DNA of 32,000 bases from Vibrio vulnificus CMCP6 (GTDB taxonomy: Bacteria; Pseudomonadota; Gammaproteobacteria; Enterobacterales; Vibrionaceae), in contig NC_004459.3 of the NCBI RefSeq assembly GCF_000039765.1, positions 2,571,127 to 2,603,126 of the forward strand. The letters are read 5' to 3'. Below the pieces are notes generated by a model, which was given only the letters and a program-made list of their open reading frames with translations, was not told the origin of the DNA and ran no database searches. The translations under genes and the position numbers were made by a program. Positions 15,396 to 23,084 of this stretch are shown one piece after another (position 1 is the first letter of the stretch; each line of letters starts with the position of its first letter).

Positions 15396-15677
15396 ATGAG
15401 CCGTATCCACTTTGACCAAGATATTCAGCCTTTGTCTGAATTTCGTGCTGGCGTAACGTCATTTATTAAACAGATTAACGAAACTCGTAGACCATTAGTA
15501 ATCACACAACGTGGTAAGGGTGTTGCGGTTGTCCTTGATGTTGCGGAATATGAAGCAATGCAGGAGAAGATCGAGTTACTGGAAGAAATGCGTACTGCTG
15601 AAGCACAATTAGCTTCAGGTTTAGGTGTTTCCAATGAAGACGCTCGCGCTCAAGTGTTGGGGCGTATTAAGAAATGA
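15396..15677 (+). CDS. Phd/YefM-family antitoxin
   Basis: 93 aa. Contains PLSEFRAGVTSFIKQINETRRPLVITQRGKGVAVVLDVAEYEAMQEKIELLE. Overlaps the toxin gene by 4 nt (ATGA). Confidence 0.85.
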   Translation: MSRIHFDQDIQPLSEFRAGVTSFIKQINETRRPLVITQRGKGVAVVLDVAEYEAMQEKIELLEEMRTAEAQLASGLGVSNEDARAQVLGRIKK

Positions 15678-15961
15678 AAGTAGTCTGGTCACCACTAGCA
15701 TTACAAAAGTTAGGTGATGCAGCCGAGTTTATTTCACTGGATAACCCAGTGGCAGCAGAAAGCTGGGTTAATGAGGTTTTCGATAAAACCGAACTTCTCT
15801 CAAATATGCCTGAAATGGGGCGAATGGTTCCTGAGTTACCTCATACTAATTATCGTGAAATCCTTTTTGGCCACTACCGAATCATATATAGCCTCAGTCA
15901 TGAAATTCGTGTCCTGACAGTAAGAAATTGTCGTCAAATGCTAACGGAAAGTGATGTGTAG
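15674..15961 (+). CDS. ParE/RelE-superfamily toxin
   Basis: 95 aa. Contains W.P.A...L......I..DNP.AA..W...V......L...PE.GR.VPE......RE...G.YR.IY. Confidence 0.8.
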   Translation: MKVVWSPLALQKLGDAAEFISLDNPVAAESWVNEVFDKTELLSNMPEMGRMVPELPHTNYREILFGHYRIIYSLSHEIRVLTVRNCRQMLTESDV

Positions 15962-15970
15962 CAATTGTGT

Positions 15971-17061
15971 CTTAGTATCAAGTTTGAAGTGCGACACTTT
16001 TTACAGATGCGCATGAATATACTCCGTTGGTGTCCTATACCCAAGTCTTTTGCGTGGGCGCGTATTTAATTTGTGTGCAATTTCATTGCAGAGCTTCTGT
16101 GTTACGTGTGACATAGAAGTTCGTTTTGGTAAGTATTGTCGTATCAAACCATTGGTGTTTTCATTAGTCCCTCGCTCCCATGAATGGTATGGATTTGCAA
16201 AGTAAAACAGACAGTTATGATGTTTTTCCAGTTGTGCATAACCATGAAATTCAGTGCCGTTATCCGCAGTTATCGTCTTAAAAGGTAAGTCAGAGCGGGT
16301 CATGATTTTGCTCATTCTTACGTTGAGCGACTCGCTTGTTCTATCGTCCATTTGCCCAATAAAAGTGTAGCCAGTCATTCTGTCGACTAAAGTCACGATA
16401 CAGTGCTTGGTTCCGCGTCCAACGACGGTATCAATTTCCCAATGACCAGGCTCTTTTCGATGCTCAGCTTTTGCAGGTCTTTCGGTAATATGACGCTTTG
16501 CTGCCAGCCGACCTCGGCTGTCTTTTGAGTTATACCTTTTACGCCTTTTCTTGGTCGATTGGCGTAGGTGTTTCCATAGTGTTCCACCGAGAGTTTTGTC
16601 GTTCCAAATATGCTGATAAATGAGCTCGTGGCTCATTGTTGGATAGCCTCTTACCCTTAGGTATCCGACGATTTGGTCAGGGCTCCAATCCAGTCGTAGC
16701 AAGGCCTCAGGCAACCTGAAGTCGATTTCGCTGTAGCGCTTGTTTCTGCGCGAGCGGCTTAGCCGGTTGCGAGCCATTTGTTGGGCTCTCCATGCCTGAT
16801 AGGAGTACCTTTTAAAGTGTCTGTTGTATCGGGAGTTGCGTTCAATTTCTCGATAGATAGTGGCTTTGTGACGCCCCAGTTGTTTAGCTATTTTAGCGGT
16901 ACTAATCCCTTGCTTTCTGAGCGCAGAAATCATATACCTTTCGTTCTCAGTGAGATGCTTGTATCTCATGTTTTTTACTTCTTGGCGGGAGCAAACTTCA
17001 TGATTATCGCATCTCACTGTTTTTATGTTCAGAGGTGTCGCACTTCGTACTTGAATCCAAG
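15971..17061 (-). mobile_element. IS30-family insertion sequence, copy 3 (1091 bp, diverged)
   Basis: Same IRs as copy 1. It begins 9 nt after the parE-like stop and ends 4 nt before attC 22. Several substitutions relative to copies 1 and 2. Confidence 0.9.
16001..16969 (-). CDS. IS30-family DDE transposase
   Basis: 322 aa from ATG 16969 (MRYKHL). The track ORF extends artefactually to 17077, past the IS end (17061) and into attC 22. It differs from copy 1 at several residues (e.g. T4K, RRF>KRY, RNE>RKE). Confidence 0.9.
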   Translation of the reverse strand: MRYKHLTENERYMISALRKQGISTAKIAKQLGRHKATIYREIERNSRYNRHFKRYSYQAWRAQQMARNRLSRSRRNKRYSEIDFRLPEALLRLDWSPDQIVGYLRVRGYPTMSHELIYQHIWNDKTLGGTLWKHLRQSTKKRRKRYNSKDSRGRLAAKRHITERPAKAEHRKEPGHWEIDTVVGRGTKHCIVTLVDRMTGYTFIGQMDDRTSESLNVRMSKIMTRSDLPFKTITADNGTEFHGYAQLEKHHNCLFYFANPYHSWERGTNENTNGLIRQYLPKRTSMSHVTQKLCNEIAHKLNTRPRKRLGYRTPTEYIHAHL

Positions 17062-17065
17062 TTGC

Positions 17066-17188
17066 ATAACAAAGCATTTAAGAGGGATTCATGCCACGTG
17101 GTATTTTTGGTATGCGGTGGTTTTTGGTGGTGAAAGTGGTTTGCAGAAAGTTGGTTTAGGCGGCATTCACCCCTTAATGCGGCGTTAT
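17066..17188 (+). repeat. attC site 22
   Basis: ATAACAAAGCATTTAAGAGGGATTCATGCCACGTGGTA ... GGCGGCATTCACCCCTTAATGCGGCGTTAT. Confidence 0.9.
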
Positions 17189-17205
17189 GCTCGTAGGAGG
17201 AAGTT

Positions 17206-17622
17206 GTGTATCTCAGGGAAAAAGAGAAAGCTTTAAATAAAGGTGTAATTTTAATCGGCACTATAGGTATTATCGGTATTTCTATTGCGTCAGGAAGCTT
17301 GTTTTTAGCTCTAGGTTTGAGCGCGATAGCCGCAATTAGCTTGTTATTACAGCAAAAGTTTCCGGATAAAAATGGCCTTTACAGCATCGAGGTTCTAGAT
17401 AAGCGTATTACTCTTAAACTAGGAAACAGTGCACTTTGGCATTTGAGTGTATGTGATGTTGAGTCCTTTGATACAACTTACTCAAGGGACGGCGCAGTGA
17501 TCAGAGAAATTACTTTAAAAACTGTGAGCGATAGTTATGTATTACCAAAACTTGATCGCTTTGAAACTAGCGAAGTTTTGGACCTTGTAACTCTTGTGCA
17601 AACCCTAAAAGAACGAGCATAA
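17206..17622 (+). CDS. Membrane protein (2 N-terminal TM + ~75-aa C-terminal domain), unknown function
   Basis: 138 aa with a GTG start 5 nt after AGGAGG. TM segments: VILIGTIGIIGISIASGSLFLALGLSAIAAISLLL. Confidence 0.6.
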   Translation: MYLREKEKALNKGVILIGTIGIIGISIASGSLFLALGLSAIAAISLLLQQKFPDKNGLYSIEVLDKRITLKLGNSALWHLSVCDVESFDTTYSRDGAVIREITLKTVSDSYVLPKLDRFETSEVLDLVTLVQTLKERA

Positions 17623-17740
17623 CAAATTGTTCAAGAGTGATTCGGCACGCGTGGCATTTTTACTATGCGTTGGTTTTAGTGGTTAAGGTGGTATGCGGCG
17701 GCTTAGGTATTGCGTGCCTCACACCTTAACAAGGCGTTAT
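17619..17740 (+). repeat. attC site 23
   Basis: ATAACAAATTGTTCAAGAGTGATTCGGCACGCGTGGCA ... GCGTGCCTCACACCTTAACAAGGCGTTAT. Confidence 0.85.
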
Positions 17741-17776
17741 ATGCTTTCAAAATCTGTGAGCGAAAGGGAGTTTATA

Positions 17777-18145
17777 ATGATTCTAAATCATGTCTCAGTT
17801 GGTGTTTCAAATGTGCCATCTGCGATGGTTTTTTACGACTCAGTTCTATCTGCTTTGTCCATAAAACGGGCTCATTACATCGAGAATGTCGCGGCTGCCT
17901 ACGGAGAAAATTTTGAGTTTTGGGTAGGTTGCCCATGTGAAAATGCAGCCTCTTCAGGTAATGGAACTCACATTGCTTTCAACGCGCCAAACAAAGAAGC
18001 TGTTGACCAGTTTTACGCTACTGCATTAGAGCTTGGTGGCGAGTGTGCCGGTAAGCCTGGATTGCGTCCAGAGTACGGTGAGACTTACTATGCAGCGTTT
18101 GTCCGCGATGTTGACGGTAACAAAATTGAAGCAGTCTTTATGTAG
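17777..18145 (+). CDS. VOC-family (glyoxalase/bleomycin-resistance/dioxygenase) protein
   Basis: 122 aa from ATG 17777 with RBS AGGGAG. Contains MILNHVSVGVSNV...FYD..L...G.THIAF.A....VD.FY..AL..GG...G.PG.RPEYG..YYAAFV.D.DGNKIEAV. The track start at 17693 lies inside attC 23. Confidence 0.8.
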   Translation: MILNHVSVGVSNVPSAMVFYDSVLSALSIKRAHYIENVAAAYGENFEFWVGCPCENAASSGNGTHIAFNAPNKEAVDQFYATALELGGECAGKPGLRPEYGETYYAAFVRDVDGNKIEAVFM

Positions 18146-18159
18146 CTGAAGCTACGCAT

Positions 18160-18282
18160 ATAACAAGGCGTTTAAGTGGGATTCATGCCGCGTGGCATTT
18201 TTGGTATGCGGTGGTTTTTGGTGTTGAAAGTGGTCTGCGGAAAGCTGGTTTATGCGGCATTCACCCCTTAACGCGGCGTTAT
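18160..18282 (+). repeat. attC site 24
   Basis: ATAACAAGGCGTTTAAGTGGGATTCATGCCGCGTGGCA ... GCGGCATTCACCCCTTAACGCGGCGTTAT. Confidence 0.9.
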
Positions 18283-18352
18283 GTGTCCGAGTACCCCACG
18301 TTTAGTAGACACTTTACTAAGTTAGATCTAGGGTCTAATTGAGAGGTGATTT

Positions 18353-18651
18353 ATGGCTAAACATCGTAATCCAGCGTACACCGAAGAGTTCCGTAAAGAC
18401 GCAGTTCGCTTGGCCAGTCTTCCTGGCCGAACAGCAGTTTCCGTTGCCAAGGAGCTGGGCATCAGTGCCCAGCAGATCCGGAACAGTTCACACGCCTATC
18501 TGATAAACAGTTTAACACTTTAGACGGTGTCGATTATTCGAAGAATGAGTCTAAAGAGCTTCGAGCGCTAAGGCGCGAGAACAAGCGACTCATAGATGAA
18601 ATGGAATTCCTAAAAAAGGTCTCGGCGTACTTCGCGAAGCAGCAAGAGTGA
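18353..18651 (+). pseudogene. IS3-family orfA, disrupted
   Basis: The frame from ATG 18353 (MAKHRNPAYTEEFRKDAVRLASLPGRTAVSVAKELGISAQQIRN) stops at TAG 18521-18523. The expected C-terminus (LSDKQFNTLDGV...ELRALRRENKRLIDEMEFLKKVSAYFAKQQE*) continues in another frame, implying an indel near 18480-18495. Confidence 0.7.
18612..18618 (+). promoter_or_regulatory. Programmed -1 frameshift heptamer AAAAAAG
   Basis: Canonical IS3-family slippery sequence near the orfA end, about 30 nt upstream of the orfB frame opening. Confidence 0.6.
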
Positions 18652-19499
18652 AGTACGAGTTCATTGAAAGCTATACCGGCGAGTACTCGATCAGCTTAAT
18701 GTGTCGTACTTTAGAAGTGAGTCGAGGTGGCTACTACAAGTGGTGTCGTCATACGCCGAGTGAACGTTCAAAGCGGCGAGAGCGCTTTGAACAGCTTGTC
18801 ATGTGTACCTTTGCCCAATATCGGGCACATTACGGTTCAGTGCGAATAGCAGAAGAGCTAAACGAAGCAGGCCATGCCTGCTGCGTGAACTATGTGGCTG
18901 ATACCATGAAGGAAAAAGGTATCAGGGCACGTAATGGTAAAGGGTTTAAGTACAGCAAGGATGTGGCTGCGATGACGAATGTTGCTGACAATTTACTGCG
19001 TAGAGACTTTGTATCTGAGACCCCGAATCAGAAGTGGGTCACGGACATCACGTATATCTGGGTGAAGAGCCGCTGGCTCTTCTTAGCGACAGTGATGGAC
19101 TTGCATTCCAGGCGTATTGTGGGTTGGTCTCTAGGGACAACAATGACCGTTGAGCTCATCACGAATGCTCTAAAAATGGCATTTGAGTTACGTAAGCCGC
19201 CTAAGGGTGTCATTATCCATTCGGACCGTGGTGTACAATACAGAGCATATAAATATCAAGACTTCATGCGTAAGCATGGAGGTGTACCGAGCATGAGTCG
19301 ACAGGGTAACTGTTGGGATAATGCAGTGATGGAGTCATTCTACAGTCGACTGAAAGTCGAGTTGATATACGCAGAAGACTACCAAACTGTCGAAGAAGCC
19401 CGAATGGGAATCTTCGAATACATCGAGGTATTTTACAATAGCAGAAGAAGACACTCAGCGTTGGGGCATGTCAGCCCGGTTGAGTACGAAAGTCTGTAG
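18648..19499 (+). CDS. IS3-family orfB (DDE transposase/integrase core)
   Basis: 283 aa. Contains WVTDITYI, IIHSDRGVQY, GNCWDNAVMESFY and YNSRRRHSALG. Confidence 0.9.
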   Translation: MKYEFIESYTGEYSISLMCRTLEVSRGGYYKWCRHTPSERSKRRERFEQLVMCTFAQYRAHYGSVRIAEELNEAGHACCVNYVADTMKEKGIRARNGKGFKYSKDVAAMTNVADNLLRRDFVSETPNQKWVTDITYIWVKSRWLFLATVMDLHSRRIVGWSLGTTMTVELITNALKMAFELRKPPKGVIIHSDRGVQYRAYKYQDFMRKHGGVPSMSRQGNCWDNAVMESFYSRLKVELIYAEDYQTVEEARMGIFEYIEVFYNSRRRHSALGHVSPVEYESL

Positions 19500-19612
19500 T
19501 TATGTACTGTCTACTTTTTGTGGGGTACACCAATACTTAATATATGGTTCCGGTTTACATGATTCTAATTTTCAATTTCTTCTTATGTCATTTTAAATAA
19601 GTAGGGGTGCAG

Positions 19613-20002
19613 ATGTTTCGATTCATAATGGCTGTTTGCTTAATTTTTATTAGCTGTCCTAGTTTTAGTTCAATAGAAATAAATGGTACATACAAGCAAT
19701 ACATTGAAGATGGTGTTTATTCCACGCTTGTTGTTGAAAGAAAGGACCAAAGTAGTGTTTTTATATCAATGAATTGCCAAAATGGAAGGCCAAATTTCAA
19801 CTCAGGAATGGTTAAAAGAACACTTTTAAAGTTAAACAACAATACTGTCCGTTATAATAAAGCTCGCTTTGATGATGAAGCTTGCATAATTGATATAGAG
19901 TTTACTGAAAATCAAGCAAAGGTTTCTCAAATTGCAGGCTATGGAGTGGTCTGTGGTTTTGGCATGAAAGTAATATGTGATGGAGTGTTTACAAAAAAAT
20001 AG
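19613..20002 (+). CDS. Secreted protein, unknown function (last cassette ORF)
   Basis: 129 aa from ATG 19613 with RBS AGGGG. Signal-peptide-like N-terminus MFRFIMAVCLIFISCPSFSS. The track starts at GTG 19607. Confidence 0.6.
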   Translation: MFRFIMAVCLIFISCPSFSSIEINGTYKQYIEDGVYSTLVVERKDQSSVFISMNCQNGRPNFNSGMVKRTLLKLNNNTVRYNKARFDDEACIIDIEFTENQAKVSQIAGYGVVCGFGMKVICDGVFTKK

Positions 20003-20160
20003 TACTAGTTTGACTGTTTGGGTGTTTTATTGCATGACGATGCGGTCAGGCTAATGGGCTGCTCTCGCGTGCTGGCAATGTAAAAAGTGTGGCAGTCTTA
20101 GATTTTTAGTTTTACCAGAAAGAGAATTTGAGGGTTGGGTGAGAAAGCTGGGTTAAGCAC

Positions 20161-20252
20161 ATAACAAGGCGTTTAAGAGGGATTCATGCCGCGTGGCATT
20201 TTGGGTTTGCATTGAGTTTTGTGGTGAAAGTGGCTTGCGGAAAGTTGGTTTA
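20161..20252 (+). repeat. attC site 25, truncated (R''/L'' half only) - end of cassette array
   Basis: ATAACAAGGCGTTTAAGAGGGATTCATGCCGCGTGGCA...GCGGAAAGTTGGTTTA then diverges. The GCGGCATTCACCCCTTAACGCGGCGTTAT half is missing. Confidence 0.85.
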
Positions 20253-20659
20253 CATACTTGCTGCAATGGTTTTAACATTATGACTATTACCATTCTCAGC
20301 CAGTTCTTTTTGAATGCGCCTCGCACCATCTCGGCCTTTGCTGCTGTCAAACGTCTCCTTGACCTTGATATCAAGTTCTTGGCGATTTGCCTCGCGTTGG
20401 ATGGCCTTGTGGCGATGCCTAATCCAGAAACAAAATCCACTCCGAAAAACTCTGAACACTATAGCAATCCAGATAATGCTAAAACTCAGCAGGTGTTCGA
20501 GAATCAATTCATAGCAATTAACTTAGATTTTTCGCGAAGTAGATGACGGCCTTTTACGATTTTGAGGTCTTGTGCTTGCTCCGCCTACTGACTTTTGAGC
20601 TTTGCTAACTCAACGGCAAACTCTTGTTCTCGTTGCCCAATATTAGTGATTGTATTCAT
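20253..20659 (-). pseudogene. Decayed IS3-family remnant (orfA C-terminus + orfB N-terminus), truncated at the attC junction
   Basis: The minus strand reads ...ELAKLKSQ*AEQAQDLKIVK(fs)AVIYFAKNLS*, then VFRSGFCFWIRHRHKAIQREANRQELDIKVKETFDSSKGRDGARRIQKELAENGNSHNVKTIAASM|. This is the typical IS3 zipper/KKA..YFAK and orfB HTH region. The reading frame ends exactly at 20253. Confidence 0.65.
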
Positions 20660-20891
20660 TTAACTCAATGTCCAAACTGCTGGTGCGGTTAAAAATCTAT
20701 ACCGACAACTTTAGTGAACATGGATTTTACTCCTAATCCTAATACTGTGCCTGTCGTGCCGTACAGCAATGTTACAAGGGAGGTGCGTTAATAACATCAA
20801 AGCGTGTCATAAATATGGGCATACCACTTAAGCAATATGATTCATACCAAGAGATATGAAGGACTGCCAGGTTAAGTCTGGATTACTACAG

Positions 20892-23084
20892 CTAGCTAAT
20901 CCAGGCATTTTCCGATTTAACTCGCCCCTTGTTATGGGGTCTGCTACTAAGCCAATACATAATGAGTAGGAGCAACATCGTTAGACCAAACAATGCCATA
21001 AATGCATGATTGATGACTGTCTCCATCGCTTGGTTAGAGCTGATGCGGGGAGCCAAAATGAGCGTAAGTTGCCCTTCGTCGTTATTCACTGCCTTCAAGA
21101 TAGTTGCATCAACGCGTTGATAAGCAACTTCAGCCTGCATTTGGATTAACCTATTCAATGTCTCTATTTTAACATCGTCATGGACAGGATCTGGATTTGC
21201 TCTCATTATGGCTATTTCTTGCAAATCAGCACTCGTTGGACCCATCCACTGAATAGAAAGAATGTTTTGCTTTGGGGTTGGTAACTTCAATGAAGCATGA
21301 TTGTTTCGCCATATTGTACTTCTCAGGTTATGTAATTTACCTTGATAATTTTTAAGGCTATCACTATTTTTAAGTAACTTTTCATTCGCAAACTCGCCAC
21401 CTTGTAATGCTTCGTCCCAACAGTTGTCGCTACAGTGGCTTTTTGTTGCCTCTCGCCATAATACTGAAAACTCTTGTTTGAACGCTGAACAATCTGCAGC
21501 CAATGAATCTGTACTTCTAGTTGAGCTTCCTGTAGCTAATGTATTATCCGTTTTAACACCCTCACTCTTTGCATCAGTTGGGCAGTATTTCGCTAAATGA
21601 TTAGCGATTTCCATTAAGCTCTTTACAGTAAATATCGCTAACTCACTTCGCCTATACATGACTAAATTATCGACTGAATACGACTTTTTTACTTCAAAAG
21701 CCAGCATCATCAACATGTAGTCTCCTTCTGAAACGTCGGGGGTATAATCTGGCTCATTGCTGATAAAATCTTTATACTCTTCGACCAACTCAGTATTAGG
21801 AACCACTTGAAAGTCTTCATCCGTCAACGCATATTTAAATACGTTGCAATAGAGAAGCGCATTATCTTTTGAAAAGCTATCTAAACACAAACGGGGGCGA
21901 TTGATTAATAAATGATCGCCAACTTTTAAATCGCTCGATGCCCAATCTTGAAAGGTGTTAATTTGATAGGATGCGCTATTTTTAAGCATGGTAAAAGCGG
22001 CATCGCGCCATTCCAATTTTGTGTTGAAAGCGATGATTAAACTAGCGCAGAGTAATCCCACCGCAGCAGTAAGATATTGTGGTTTTCTTTTCGCAAAATC
22101 GCGTTCTGAAATTTCGTTTAAACCTATTCGCACAACGGTCGATTGATTCTGTTCAATTTCAAAGTATACATTTTTATTAATACTCACCGTATTTTGCCAA
22201 TGGCTTGGCATCCAAGCCTTTTTTGTTTTCCCGTTTGGTTCAGTGAATGTCAGCCAAGTTTTTCGATCAGAGCTATCTAAAGACTCTATTTTGCCGAAAT
22301 ATCGCGTTATCACTATATTGCTAGGTTCATATTTTGGCTTTGTCTTTAAAAAAAGTATCAGTAGTGCAATAACAGTTACCGTAAGCAGAACTACTGGAGC
22401 AAGCCATACAGGTTCAATGGCAATATCAATCTTGCTGATGTACGCAAAAATACTCGTAGCCACTACTATAATTAGCGGTACGGAAAAATTGTAAAAGGGA
22501 GGTGATAGATACAAAACTTCTGTTTGGGTGGCGGGTCGTTCAGACTTTAACACGGTTTGAGGGACAGTGTGCGTTGCTGGCCCCATACATTGCTCTACAG
22601 GTTGTGTTGTGCTTGGCGCATATGCTTCCGCTCCCTTAGAGAAGAGTGATGGCGCACTTGCAAGAGTATTATTGATTTCATCGACAATATAGTAATCGTT
22701 AAGACGAAGGACTAGAATTGTCTCGGCAACCACAACGACTTCAGCAAGTTGATCCTCAGTATCAAGGAAGTATATCGCTTTATCGGATATTGCTACCGGA
22801 TAATCAGCCAAAGCGAGGAATTTCGTTTTTCCCTCATCATCTGGAATTACATGCACCTCAAAAGGTTCAGTGATGTAATAAACCTCAGAATATCCGACAT
22901 CAAAACCATATAACTCTGAGAGGGCGGAACGCTCTTCTTCAGAAAGGTTTGCATCACGCTTCACACTTAGCAACTTAGTCCGACGCTCTTTTAAGGCTGC
23001 TTCTTTATCACTACTACTATTGAATAGTGTATTGATTAAACTAAAAACAAGAAATATTTTTATTATGATGGCAAGTTCATACAT
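20892..23084 (-). CDS. Large inner-membrane protein, IgaA/UmoB-like architecture
   Basis: 730 aa. An N-terminal TM segment is followed by LSEEERSALSELY (cf. the enterobacterial IgaA LTPEERSAVENYL as I recall it). It has clustered TM segments near residues 200-250 and 340-360, a C-terminal TM segment, and a large Cys-containing periplasmic-type region. The family assignment is from memory only. Confidence 0.45.
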   Translation of the reverse strand: MYELAIIIKIFLVFSLINTLFNSSSDKEAALKERRTKLLSVKRDANLSEEERSALSELYGFDVGYSEVYYITEPFEVHVIPDDEGKTKFLALADYPVAISDKAIYFLDTEDQLAEVVVVAETILVLRLNDYYIVDEINNTLASAPSLFSKGAEAYAPSTTQPVEQCMGPATHTVPQTVLKSERPATQTEVLYLSPPFYNFSVPLIIVVATSIFAYISKIDIAIEPVWLAPVVLLTVTVIALLILFLKTKPKYEPSNIVITRYFGKIESLDSSDRKTWLTFTEPNGKTKKAWMPSHWQNTVSINKNVYFEIEQNQSTVVRIGLNEISERDFAKRKPQYLTAAVGLLCASLIIAFNTKLEWRDAAFTMLKNSASYQINTFQDWASSDLKVGDHLLINRPRLCLDSFSKDNALLYCNVFKYALTDEDFQVVPNTELVEEYKDFISNEPDYTPDVSEGDYMLMMLAFEVKKSYSVDNLVMYRRSELAIFTVKSLMEIANHLAKYCPTDAKSEGVKTDNTLATGSSTRSTDSLAADCSAFKQEFSVLWREATKSHCSDNCWDEALQGGEFANEKLLKNSDSLKNYQGKLHNLRSTIWRNNHASLKLPTPKQNILSIQWMGPTSADLQEIAIMRANPDPVHDDVKIETLNRLIQMQAEVAYQRVDATILKAVNNDEGQLTLILAPRISSNQAMETVINHAFMALFGLTMLLLLIMYWLSSRPHNKGRVKSENAWIS

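Larger units (their letters stand above)
18284..19532 (+). mobile_element. IS3-family insertion sequence (~1.25 kb; ends approximate)
   Basis: Terminal inverted blocks GTACCCCAC..AGTAGACA (18292-) and TGTCTACT..GTGGGGTAC (-19528). It has orfA/orfB organisation with an A AAA AAG slippery site. The exact termini and TSD could not be fixed by eye. Confidence 0.8.

Noticed and set aside
187-20252. Regularly spaced repeats that could be mistaken for a CRISPR array
   Set aside because: The repeats are ~120 bp, imperfect and internally dyad-symmetric, with RYYYAAC/GTTRRRY-type ends. The spacers are 0.3-1.2 kb and contain genes. This is an integron attC array, not CRISPR.
20253-20507. 85-aa minus-strand ORF as an intact gene
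   Set aside because: It is the N-terminal fragment of an IS3-type OrfB cut off at the attC junction. It is reported only as part of a pseudogene remnant.
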